Shown here: in pieces, positions 31,106 to 39,642 of the stretch | Layout: each line of letters starts with the position of its first letter | Numbering within the stretch: the first letter of the stretch is position 1 | From: a bacterium | Lineage (GTDB): Bacteria; Zhuqueibacterota; Zhuqueibacteria; Oceanimicrobiales; Oceanimicrobiaceae | NCBI GenBank assembly: GCA_046758365.1 | Contig: JBHIAC010000002.1 | Location: forward strand, 1 to 64,000 | Direction: 5' to 3' | Length of the DNA: 64,000 bases | Made by a program: the position numbers and the translations under genes | The notes under the pieces: model-generated | What the model was told of the DNA's origin: nothing | The model's database searches: none | The model's input: only the letters and a program-made list of their open reading frames with translations

Positions 31106-31185
31106 GCACACGGATTTTCACGGATTAGTAAATGATTAAAAGTTTAATCCGTGTTCATCCGTTCAATCTGCGTGCATTCGTGTGC
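31106..31185. repeat. Palindromic short-period repeat element between the MFP and RND genes
   Basis: gcacacggat-tttcacggatta ... taatccgtg-ttcatccgt-tcaatctgcgtgc-attcgtgtgc; terminal inverted repeat matches 9/10. Confidence 0.75.
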
Positions 31186-32300
31186 TATAATTTTTTCTTT
31201 ACAGTTACTTCAACACCATCAGTTAGATTTTCTTGTCCCAAAATGACCACATCATCTCCTGCTTCGGCTCCGTCTAAAAGGACGATTTTATTGCTGCTTT
31301 CCAGACCTAATTTCGGGATTCGCTTTTGAGCTTTGCCATTTTTTATCACAAAAATAATCGTTTGACCGGAACGTTCCAGTAAGGCGCTTTTTGGTAGCAA
31401 CGGAACATTCTGAAGGATTTGCGTTGTTACTTCTACTTTTGCAACCATGCCTGCTTTTAAGCGGTAGTCTGGATTTTTAACTAAAATTTCAACTGGAAAC
31501 GCTCGGCTAGACAGGTCGGCCTGAGGGCCTACGGCGCTTACTGTTCCTTCAAATATTTCATTAGGAAAAGAATCTACAGTAATAGTTGCGGTCTGTCCTT
31601 TTCGAATTTTAACAATATCTTTTTCGGCAACGCCAAATTTGACTTTTATTTGACTGATATCTACCACTTTAGCAATGGGAGTGCCTGGTGCGACCGTGGT
31701 GCCTAATTCCACAATGCGTGCGGCCACAAAGCCATTTACTGGACTTACGATGCGGGTGTCTTTAAGTTGTCGCTTAGCCATTTTCACGTTGGCTTGAGCT
31801 GTCAAATAAGCGGCCTCAGCGGATTCCTTTTGCAGCCGAGCATTCTCAAAAACGTACTCTGATATATCTCGGGTTTCGTACAACTTTTGGTTTCTTTCAA
31901 AGTCTCTCTTGGCTTTTTTGTAGGCGGCTTTTGCTTCAATTAATCGAGCTTCTGCCTGTTCCAGTGAAAGTTGCTTTAACTCCTGATCAATCTGAACTAA
32001 GGGTGTACCTTTTTTCACCTGTTCTCCCACTTCTACGTAAACTTGGGTTATGGTTCCGGCTGTCTCCGAAGAAACCAGGACGTCGTGTAAAGGAACGATA
32101 GTGCCAGTTGCTCTAACTTTATCCGCCACCTTTCCAGTTTGGATTGCATAAGTTTCCACAGGTACGGCCTGAACGGAATCTACTTCAGTTCCATTATTCC
32201 CACCTTTAGATTGTTCGCCATCTCCGCAGGCTATCTGAAATAAAGTCAACGTTAAAATGAAATAAATTAAGAATAGAATCTCAAATTTTTGTTTATACAT
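31185..32300 (-). CDS. RND periplasmic adaptor (MFP), lipoprotein
   Basis: Lipobox 'FQIAC', 'SPVNG', 'LKAGMVA'; likely start MYKQKF. Confidence 0.93.
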   Translation of the reverse strand: MYKQKFEILFLIYFILTLTLFQIACGDGEQSKGGNNGTEVDSVQAVPVETYAIQTGKVADKVRATGTIVPLHDVLVSSETAGTITQVYVEVGEQVKKGTPLVQIDQELKQLSLEQAEARLIEAKAAYKKAKRDFERNQKLYETRDISEYVFENARLQKESAEAAYLTAQANVKMAKRQLKDTRIVSPVNGFVAARIVELGTTVAPGTPIAKVVDISQIKVKFGVAEKDIVKIRKGQTATITVDSFPNEIFEGTVSAVGPQADLSSRAFPVEILVKNPDYRLKAGMVAKVEVTTQILQNVPLLPKSALLERSGQTIIFVIKNGKAQKRIPKLGLESSNKIVLLDGAEAGDDVVILGQENLTDGVEVTVKKKL

Positions 32301-32387
32301 TTCATTCTCCAATTCAATATTTTGCTTATGTCCAGGCAGCGCCAATCAGAGAGCCTAAAACTTGGCCGAACAGTTCCATAAAAAACT

Positions 32388-33788
32388 TTATTCCATCAAA
32401 ATACCCATAGCCCGGTCTAACTGAGCCTTAGCAATCCAATAATTATAGCGGGTGTTAATGAGCTCAGCTTGAGCGCGTGTGTGCACCACCTGGGCATCCA
32501 GAACATCAATATTGGCTGCCAATCCGACTTCATAGGTATTATTAATGACACGAAGATTTTCTTCCGCTTGTTCCACAGCTTTCTTGGCAATATGAAATCT
32601 TTTTATGGCTGATTCAACGTTTAATCTTGCACGAATCACTTCCAGAGTCAAGACACGATCAGAATCTTCTTTTAATTCTTCTAAGCGATTCAGTTCCGCT
32701 TTTGCTTCCTGCAAATTGGTAATGTTACTAAAGCTGTGAAATATTGGAATATTAACAGAGAGACTAGCGCTCCAAAAGGAAAAGCTGTCTAAAGCCAAAG
32801 TATTATTTTGTTCCCAACCTATTTGATAAACAAAATTAATTTTTGGCTGAAAGGCCGAGCACGCTAGTCGAACACCTGCTCTTTGCGCATCAACTGAAGC
32901 CTCAACTGATTTTAGGCCGGGGTGCTGAGTTTTGGTTTGCTTTATTTGTTCATTCAAACTTTGAGTTAAAGGGACGGGATCAAAAGGCAACGGACTAATT
33001 GCTAAGTCATGTTCATAAGGAATTCCCATGACCTGCTTAAGAGCTGCAAAAGCAATTTCTAAGTTATTTTCCATTTCCACCAGACGGCCTTCATCATTAG
33101 CTTTTTGTACCGCCCAGCGCAGGACATCAGTTCTGCTGCGTAGCCCGACATCTAGCATTTTTTGGGAACTACTCAAATGTTCTTGCGAGGACTCTAAACT
33201 TTTCTGCGCCAATACCACTAACTCTTGGGCTTGAAGTATCTGTAAGTAGCGAGTTTTAACCTCTAAAATCACTTGTTGTTTGGTGTCTTCTAAGTAGTAC
33301 TCACTGCCTGATTCCTGTGCCCGGGCAAGGCTCACCGCCGCCCAGTTGGCCCCCCCATTGTAAATGGGTTGCACTACTTGAAAGGTTGTAGAAAAGTTAT
33401 TATCATAAGCGCCTGGCCGAATATCATTTGGATCTCCCGTACCAAAAGTATCTACTAAAGCACGTCCTACATCTACAAATACATTTCCTCTACGTACTGT
33501 TCGAGGGTCTAATCTAGCATAATTGAATTGAAGATCCGCTTTGGGGAATAAGTCTAATCGTGATTTCTTAACTTTGTAATTGGCGACCCGGAGTCCTTGT
33601 TGCGCGGCCTTCAAAGATGCATTATTTTGCAGAGCAATTTTAATGGCTTCGTTTAAAGAAATAAGCTTGCCATTTTTTTGTTTGGCGAATGATTTCACAG
33701 TCAAAGCAGGAACGTTTAAACCAGAAATTAATAAACCAATAAATACCCAAATACCAAATACTCTTTTAATCTTGTACGAAACTACCAT
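32388..33788 (-). CDS. TolC-family outer-membrane efflux protein
   Basis: 'ISLNEAIKIALQNN' and 'YEVGLAANIDVLDAQ'. Confidence 0.93.
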   Translation of the reverse strand: MVVSYKIKRVFGIWVFIGLLISGLNVPALTVKSFAKQKNGKLISLNEAIKIALQNNASLKAAQQGLRVANYKVKKSRLDLFPKADLQFNYARLDPRTVRRGNVFVDVGRALVDTFGTGDPNDIRPGAYDNNFSTTFQVVQPIYNGGANWAAVSLARAQESGSEYYLEDTKQQVILEVKTRYLQILQAQELVVLAQKSLESSQEHLSSSQKMLDVGLRSRTDVLRWAVQKANDEGRLVEMENNLEIAFAALKQVMGIPYEHDLAISPLPFDPVPLTQSLNEQIKQTKTQHPGLKSVEASVDAQRAGVRLACSAFQPKINFVYQIGWEQNNTLALDSFSFWSASLSVNIPIFHSFSNITNLQEAKAELNRLEELKEDSDRVLTLEVIRARLNVESAIKRFHIAKKAVEQAEENLRVINNTYEVGLAANIDVLDAQVVHTRAQAELINTRYNYWIAKAQLDRAMGILME

Positions 33789-33810
33789 TTATGAAATACC
33801 TCCTGAATCA

Positions 33811-34362
33811 TTATTTACTCACAAATTTATTCCCTTTAATAAAAAAGCGCCACTCCAAGTCTGAGGCTTTGGAAATCCCTATACGAGGGCTGGTGCTAAT
33901 TTCAAAATTATTTGAATTTTGATAAAGCTCCAATTGAATGGTTTTACCAATCACTTCTCCATGGATCACAGGATCAAATCCGAATGCTTGAAAGAGTTTT
34001 CCCGGACCGTTGGCTAATCTAACTAAATTGTTTGTCTTGCGTCGCTGTTTCATGATATCGAGTCCAGATATTGGCTCTATTGCTCGGATCAGCACTGCCC
34101 CCGCGCCTTCTTTTTCTGTGGTGAAATTCAGACAGTGGTACATGCCGTAAATGAAAAAAATATAAATATGTCCATAGGTTTCCCGCAGCAAAGCACCTTT
34201 TTTAGGTTTGGTTACGGCATGGGAAGCGTCATCGTCCCGATACGCTTCAGTTTCCACGATAATACCTTCGCACCCCTGGTACGTCAATTTTGTGCCCAAC
34301 AGATTCCGAGCAACTGTTAAGGTGTCTCTTGCGAAAAAGTCTTGGTTAATTTTATTGGACAT
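33811..34362 (-). CDS. DNA-3-methyladenine glycosylase (MPG/AAG family)
   Basis: 'IVETEAY', 'YGMYHCLN', 'AVLIRA', 'NGPGKL' and 'PRIGIS'. Confidence 0.95.
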   Translation of the reverse strand: MSNKINQDFFARDTLTVARNLLGTKLTYQGCEGIIVETEAYRDDDASHAVTKPKKGALLRETYGHIYIFFIYGMYHCLNFTTEKEGAGAVLIRAIEPISGLDIMKQRRKTNNLVRLANGPGKLFQAFGFDPVIHGEVIGKTIQLELYQNSNNFEISTSPRIGISKASDLEWRFFIKGNKFVSK

Positions 34363-34530
34363 ACAAGTTATTGGATACAAGTTGTTTTAAAGTATAAATA
34401 TAAAGAGAAGCATTTCGAATTTCAAGATAATTAAATTACTATTAAAGAAAAACTTTGTACTTTATCTAAATTTTTTTAAATTTTAAGTAATAATTTTAGG
34501 ACTCTTACAATATTAATTTTTTAATTTCTT

Positions 34531-35517
34531 ATGAATATACAAACTATCCCAATAAAAGAAATCCAACTAGAGGGGCCCAATTTCGATGATTTCATTTTTA
34601 CCTATCCGTTGAATTCAAGGGACTTGGTGGATTCCATCAAAAAGGTTGGACTTCTGCATCCTGTCTGTTTGAGAACTTATATGGAGGGCTGGCAAATTGT
34701 TTATGGGGCAAAGAGAATTCTTGCTTGTAAAGAATTGGGATGGCATGAAATTCCGGCTCAAATAGTATCCGTAGAAGAAGTTTCGGACATGCGGGCACTC
34801 GAAATGAGTTTGGCAGAAGACATCCTGCAGAGAGCGTTGAATCCCATTGAGAAGGCCATGGTGTTTTATAAATATCAGATTTTGGGAAATTGGCAAATCT
34901 CAAGATTAGTCAATGAACTGGCACCCCAATTGGGTCTACCCCAATCCGTTGAAATGGTGCAAAATTATATTTCTCTTTTAAAATTAGAAAAGGAAATCAA
35001 AATAGCCGTTGCTCATGGCAGCCTCACCCCGGCCCACGCCTTTTTATTGCTACCATTAAAGCCAGCCGAAAGAATAACTATTTTTAAAGAAGTGTTTAAA
35101 AAGTGCAATCCAAATTTAAATGAAGGCCGTGAAGTGATAAATAATTTAATAGATTTAAAAGCCATATTTAAAGAAAGTATTGCTGAAATCTTATCAAATA
35201 AAACCATGGAAGATTTTTTAAATTCTCCAACAAAAAGCCCTCGTGAAAAATGTGGATTGTTAAGAATGGAACTTAAAAAACTACGGTACCCCCGGCTCAG
35301 TAATCTTGAAAGTAAATTCTATCAAGCCCTCAATAATCTATCTCTAAAAAATAACATTCAGGTTCGCCCATCTCCTTATTTTGAAGAAAACCATCTCGAT
35401 ATTGCTTTTCGAATAAAAGACCCGGCCGATTTAAAACAGACATTGGACAGTTTAACAGGAGCATCAAAAAATGGGGGAATAGATAAGCTTTTTGAAATTG
35501 TTAAAGGAGAGTTATGA
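34531..35517 (+). CDS. ParB/Srx N-terminal-domain protein
   Basis: 'LVDSIKKVGLLHPV', 'IVYGAKRILAC' and 'RALNPIEKA'. Confidence 0.8.
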   Translation: MNIQTIPIKEIQLEGPNFDDFIFTYPLNSRDLVDSIKKVGLLHPVCLRTYMEGWQIVYGAKRILACKELGWHEIPAQIVSVEEVSDMRALEMSLAEDILQRALNPIEKAMVFYKYQILGNWQISRLVNELAPQLGLPQSVEMVQNYISLLKLEKEIKIAVAHGSLTPAHAFLLLPLKPAERITIFKEVFKKCNPNLNEGREVINNLIDLKAIFKESIAEILSNKTMEDFLNSPTKSPREKCGLLRMELKKLRYPRLSNLESKFYQALNNLSLKNNIQVRPSPYFEENHLDIAFRIKDPADLKQTLDSLTGASKNGGIDKLFEIVKGEL

Positions 35518-35625
35518 GGTTTTTTCAATCACAAATTCTCACCATTGAAAAAGCAATAATGCATCACCCTACCACAAAACTATCTTGGAAGAATTGCATG
35601 GTAATGGAATTCAGAGGAGTTTACT

Positions 35626-37128
35626 ATTAATACTGTTAAATTATCCTTTGTGTTAACAATAGTACTTTTGTACCTGACAATGGTACTCGCTAATCCTGAC
35701 AGTGGAGAATCTAAATTACAAAATGTCTCCCTTGTTAACGCATTTCCTAATTTAACCTTCGTCAAGCCTGTATTTTTGACCCATAGTAACGATGGCACAA
35801 ATCGTATTTTTGTAGTGGAACAACCCGGTAGAATAAAAGTTTTCCCAAATGACGCTGAGGTTACGAGAGCCGAGTTATTTTTAGATTTTCAGAATAGAGT
35901 TAACGATCGTTTTACTGAAATGGGGCTTTTGGGTCTCGCATTTCATCCAGATTTTGGAAATAATGGGTTCTTTTATGTCAATTATACTACCGGCGACTTT
36001 TTGGAACGAAGAACAGTGATTTCTCGCTTTTCGATGGATATCAATAATCCCAATCTAGCCGATCCCAATAGCGAATTTATATTGTTAGAGATTCTCCAGC
36101 CATTCACAAATCACAATGGCGGTATGCTTCAATTTGGTCCAGAAGACGGATATTTATACATTGGGTTGGGAGATGGTGGTAGTGGGGGCGATCCTGAAAA
36201 TCATGGTCAAAATCGAGCAACCCTCCTCGGGGCTATATTGCGTATTGACGTTGATAATCCAACAGGAAAGTTGAATTACGGAATCCCTCCCGATAATCCC
36301 TTTGTAGGTAATACACAGGGCCTCAAAGAAGAAATTTGGGCCTATGGTCTTCGTAATCCCTGGAGATTTAGTATTGATCCTGTTACAGGTGAATTGTGGG
36401 TGGGTGATGTTGGGCAAAATTTATGGGAAGAAGTTGACCTGATTGAAAAAGGTAAAAATTATGGATGGAGAATTATGGAAGGATTTCATTGTTTCAATCC
36501 TTCAAATTGCGATCCGACGGGATTAGCTCTCCCAATTGTAGAGTATGGGCACAATTTGGGATGTTCTATTACAGGCGGATACATTTATCGTGGTAGTTTA
36601 CAGCCAGAACTGGAAGGCGCTTATATTTACGGAGATTATTGTAGTGGCAGAATCTGGATGCTAAGACATGAAAATAACCAATTGATGGCAGATTCTTTAT
36701 TAATCGAACCTGAATTTGATCTCGCTATTTCATCCTTTGGCGTGGACGAAGAAAATGAATTATTCATAATTGATCACAATGGGAAAATATATCGTTTTGC
36801 TGGCAGTCCGCCAACCGATGTCCAGGATGATGACGTGGTTAACATTCCTGATACTTTTTCCTTGGAACAAAACTATCCAAATCCGTTCAATCCTGAAACA
36901 TTAATCAGCTATCAACTTGCCGTTGTCAGCGATGTAGAATTAACAATTTATAATTTCTTAGGTCAAAAGATTCGAACACTGGTATACGAGAGACAAAGAA
37001 CTGGAACTTATAAGGTGTATTGGGATGGCAGGAATGATGCCGGGGTTCAAGTTTCAAGCGGTGTTTATCTATATCGGTTGAGAGTTGGGAGATTTGTTCA
37101 AACCCGCAAAATGATTTTGAGAAAGTAA
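35626..37128 (+). CDS. PQQ-dependent glucose/sorbosone dehydrogenase-family protein with a T9SS/FlgD-type C-terminal domain
   Basis: 'GLLGLAFHPDF', 'NHNGGMLQFGP', 'AYGLRNPWRFS', and C-terminus 'LEQNYPNPFNPET...VSSGVYLYRL'. Start is ATT 35626 or GTG 35650. Confidence 0.92.
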   Translation: MNTVKLSFVLTIVLLYLTMVLANPDSGESKLQNVSLVNAFPNLTFVKPVFLTHSNDGTNRIFVVEQPGRIKVFPNDAEVTRAELFLDFQNRVNDRFTEMGLLGLAFHPDFGNNGFFYVNYTTGDFLERRTVISRFSMDINNPNLADPNSEFILLEILQPFTNHNGGMLQFGPEDGYLYIGLGDGGSGGDPENHGQNRATLLGAILRIDVDNPTGKLNYGIPPDNPFVGNTQGLKEEIWAYGLRNPWRFSIDPVTGELWVGDVGQNLWEEVDLIEKGKNYGWRIMEGFHCFNPSNCDPTGLALPIVEYGHNLGCSITGGYIYRGSLQPELEGAYIYGDYCSGRIWMLRHENNQLMADSLLIEPEFDLAISSFGVDEENELFIIDHNGKIYRFAGSPPTDVQDDDVVNIPDTFSLEQNYPNPFNPETLISYQLAVVSDVELTIYNFLGQKIRTLVYERQRTGTYKVYWDGRNDAGVQVSSGVYLYRLRVGRFVQTRKMILRK

Positions 37129-37201
37129 AGAAAACTTTATTCAAATTTCAGTTGATTATTTAAAGAACATCTCGGTTTCTCGATAATTTAACAAGCGGTG
37201 G

Positions 37202-37435
37202 CTAGTTTTCATCATCTTCTGGTATGAGACTTTTAAGAATAGATAAAATATCGTCTCTCCACTCTATAGGCGCTTCGATATGCCCCCAACCTTTCTGACT
37301 TTGAAAAAGACCGTCATAAGCTAAATCATGATAACTTCGTATTTGATGAGGAATGCCTTTTTCTTTGAGCAAACCTTCCAACACTTGGGCTTGAAATTCA
37401 TTGTCAAGAATGGCGATTTTTTCATATTTCTTCAT
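37202..37435 (-). CDS. DUF2007-like small protein
   Basis: 'NEFQAQVLEGLLKEKGIPH'. Confidence 0.75.
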   Translation of the reverse strand: MKKYEKIAILDNEFQAQVLEGLLKEKGIPHQIRSYHDLAYDGLFQSQKGWGHIEAPIEWRDDILSILKSLIPEDDEN

Positions 37436-37706
37436 TTTAGTATCCCTTTGATTTCTAACATATTATATTAACCTGCAACCCACCATTTATTTCTATATCT
37501 GGCAGACCGCAGTCTAATTACTTAGAATGCAATCCGAAGTATAAGAACAGAATATTCGCACGCTTTCTAATGACTATAAATGACAGCGAAGCGTTATGAC
37601 TTAATGACTTCATTATTTTTTATCTAAACGTACGAATAAGCAAATCCCTACAATTCTGAAATTTGCGGCTTCGCCGCGCTAAGTTAATTAATGAACATTT
37701 GTGTTA

Positions 37707-38921
37707 TTATTCTCCAGTTCCAACTACTTTAATCAGCGTGACTTCAGCGGGTGCATGATAGCGGAATGGAGCAAAAGTGAAACCTAGTCCATTGTTTATG
37801 CTCACCAACATACGATCCACAAAGTAAAATCCTTTAAAAAATGGAGATTCAAATTGGGTAGGTGTAAATATGAACCCAAATGGTCTAAAAACAATTTGTC
37901 CACCGTGGGTGTGTCCAGCCAAAAATAAATGATAGCCTCTTTCAGCAGCTAATTCTATTACAGATTCTGACGGTTGGTGGGTTACTAAAATATCAAGAGC
38001 CCCTCGAGGCTGAGAACCCATTAAAGAATACAACTGATCCATTCTCGGACGATGAGAATAGACATTTGTTATAAAAGTAACCAAAAAACTGTCATATCCA
38101 ACATGAATAAATTGATTTGTGTTTTCTAATATTACAATATTATTAGATTTCAAGCTATTGGTTATACTGTGAGGCTCAGCCCAAATATCGTGATCACCCA
38201 AACATGCATATACGCCATAATGGGCCTCAATAGTTCCTAGAATTTTAGATCCCAAATCAATATATTTTGTACCAGAAGTCACTAGATCTCCAGTAAAGAA
38301 TACCAGATCGGGTTTAAGTTTATTGACTTTTTTTACATATCGTTTCATTTTTCTTTGTTTGGTTCGAGAGTCTGCCTGCAGATCACTTATATGGACGATT
38401 TTTAATCCTTCTAATGTTGTGGGTAAATGTGGAACGTAGAGCTCAACTTCAGAAACACGTATTCGATTTGTGTCGATAAGTATGCGAAATAGGATATAAA
38501 TTGTGAGCAACGCCATGATAACGACGATTACTCTTGATTCCACCTCTAACCATGTGGTTTTATATTTTTTATAAAGTGGGAAAAAAGGAAGCTTTATAAA
38601 ATCAATAGTCAATAGCCATGGTAAAATCTCAACTATTAATATGAGTCCCATCCAAAAGGGATATGTAAAAAGTATGTCCCAAAGTTTTTGACCTTCTCGA
38701 ATCGATTTAGTAAAATTTTCAAATCCTAATTGATGGAGTCCTAAAAGTAAGAAGGGATGTAAATTCAGATAAGCTATCCCAGCTACAATAAACAATCTAA
38801 TTTGATCATTGGGCCAAATAAATATTTTGCTGAGAGCGTAATATAGTTTCCATCCTGAATAGAGGTAGGCAAGTAATAAAGCAGGCAAGAGCGTGAGAAT
38901 TGTTCTTAAAATCCAGGGCAT
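37707..38921 (-). CDS. Membrane-bound metallophosphoesterase (YkuE-like)
   Basis: 'ISDLQ', 'TGDLV', 'GDHD' and 'AGHTHGGQ'; N-terminal TM segments. Confidence 0.9.
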   Translation of the reverse strand: MPWILRTILTLLPALLLAYLYSGWKLYYALSKIFIWPNDQIRLFIVAGIAYLNLHPFLLLGLHQLGFENFTKSIREGQKLWDILFTYPFWMGLILIVEILPWLLTIDFIKLPFFPLYKKYKTTWLEVESRVIVVIMALLTIYILFRILIDTNRIRVSEVELYVPHLPTTLEGLKIVHISDLQADSRTKQRKMKRYVKKVNKLKPDLVFFTGDLVTSGTKYIDLGSKILGTIEAHYGVYACLGDHDIWAEPHSITNSLKSNNIVILENTNQFIHVGYDSFLVTFITNVYSHRPRMDQLYSLMGSQPRGALDILVTHQPSESVIELAAERGYHLFLAGHTHGGQIVFRPFGFIFTPTQFESPFFKGFYFVDRMLVSINNGLGFTFAPFRYHAPAEVTLIKVVGTGE

Positions 38922-38976
38922 TTAATTGAGCTATCCTTTTAAAGTATATAGGGTAGGTTATATTTAAACTTTATTG

Positions 38977-39522
38977 TTACTGAGGCCAATAAGGCTCCAA
39001 CTCAACCCCCAAACCGTCGGCCAGCCGATTGACAAAATTATAATAACCTGTGATTTGGTTAATATCCAAAATTGCGGCATCGCTAAAACCCTCCTCCCGT
39101 AGTTTTTCCACATCCGCTTCTTCCATTTTCCATGTTGTGAGGGTTAGTTTAACGGCATAATCCAGCATGGCCAGGTCAGCACTCGAAAGGGGGGCTTGCC
39201 GGTAATCGCGCTTGAGATGCTCTATCAGTGCTTCATTTTTGGTAAGTCTGCGGAGACCCGCTCCGTGGTGAGTTATTCAGTAGTGACATTTATTGGTTAC
39301 CGAGACTACCACTGCAATCATCTCCCTCTGGACTCGGCTTAAGTCGGATTTACCAAACATCAGAGTTCGATACAATTGGTAGTGACCTTTCAAGGACGGG
39401 GGATTAAGACTGTGGATTTTTAAAATATTATCCACCATACCGGAAGGAGTGGCATGATTGTCATAGAACTCTTTCAGGGAATTTTGAGCTTCCTGTTCTT
39501 TTATTACTTTTATCCAAGCCAT
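38977..39522 (-). CDS. AhpD/CMD-like peroxidase-related selenoprotein (181 aa, Sec at residue 82, CHYU motif)
   Basis: The two ORF-track pieces share a frame and are separated only by TGA at 39277-39279. Read-through gives NKCHY-U-ITHHGAGLRRL, and a SECIS-like hairpin follows. Confidence 0.85.
39251..39265 (-). promoter_or_regulatory. Putative bacterial SECIS element
   Basis: CGGAG-CGGGU-CUCCG hairpin whose loop starts 16 nt after the UGA, with G at loop position 2. Confidence 0.65.
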
Positions 39523-39642
39523 TTTTTATGTACCTAAGATATTGATATAATTAGCATTCATGGAATAGTTAAATTCCTTTAATTAGGACTAAGTTTGTTA
39601 TTCATTTATCATCAAGTCAATTCGCTTCTATGTGAACCAAAA

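Noticed and set aside
38977..39522. Nonsense-mutation pseudogene, or two separate genes
   Set aside because: The UGA falls exactly at a catalytic Cys position and is followed by a SECIS-like hairpin.
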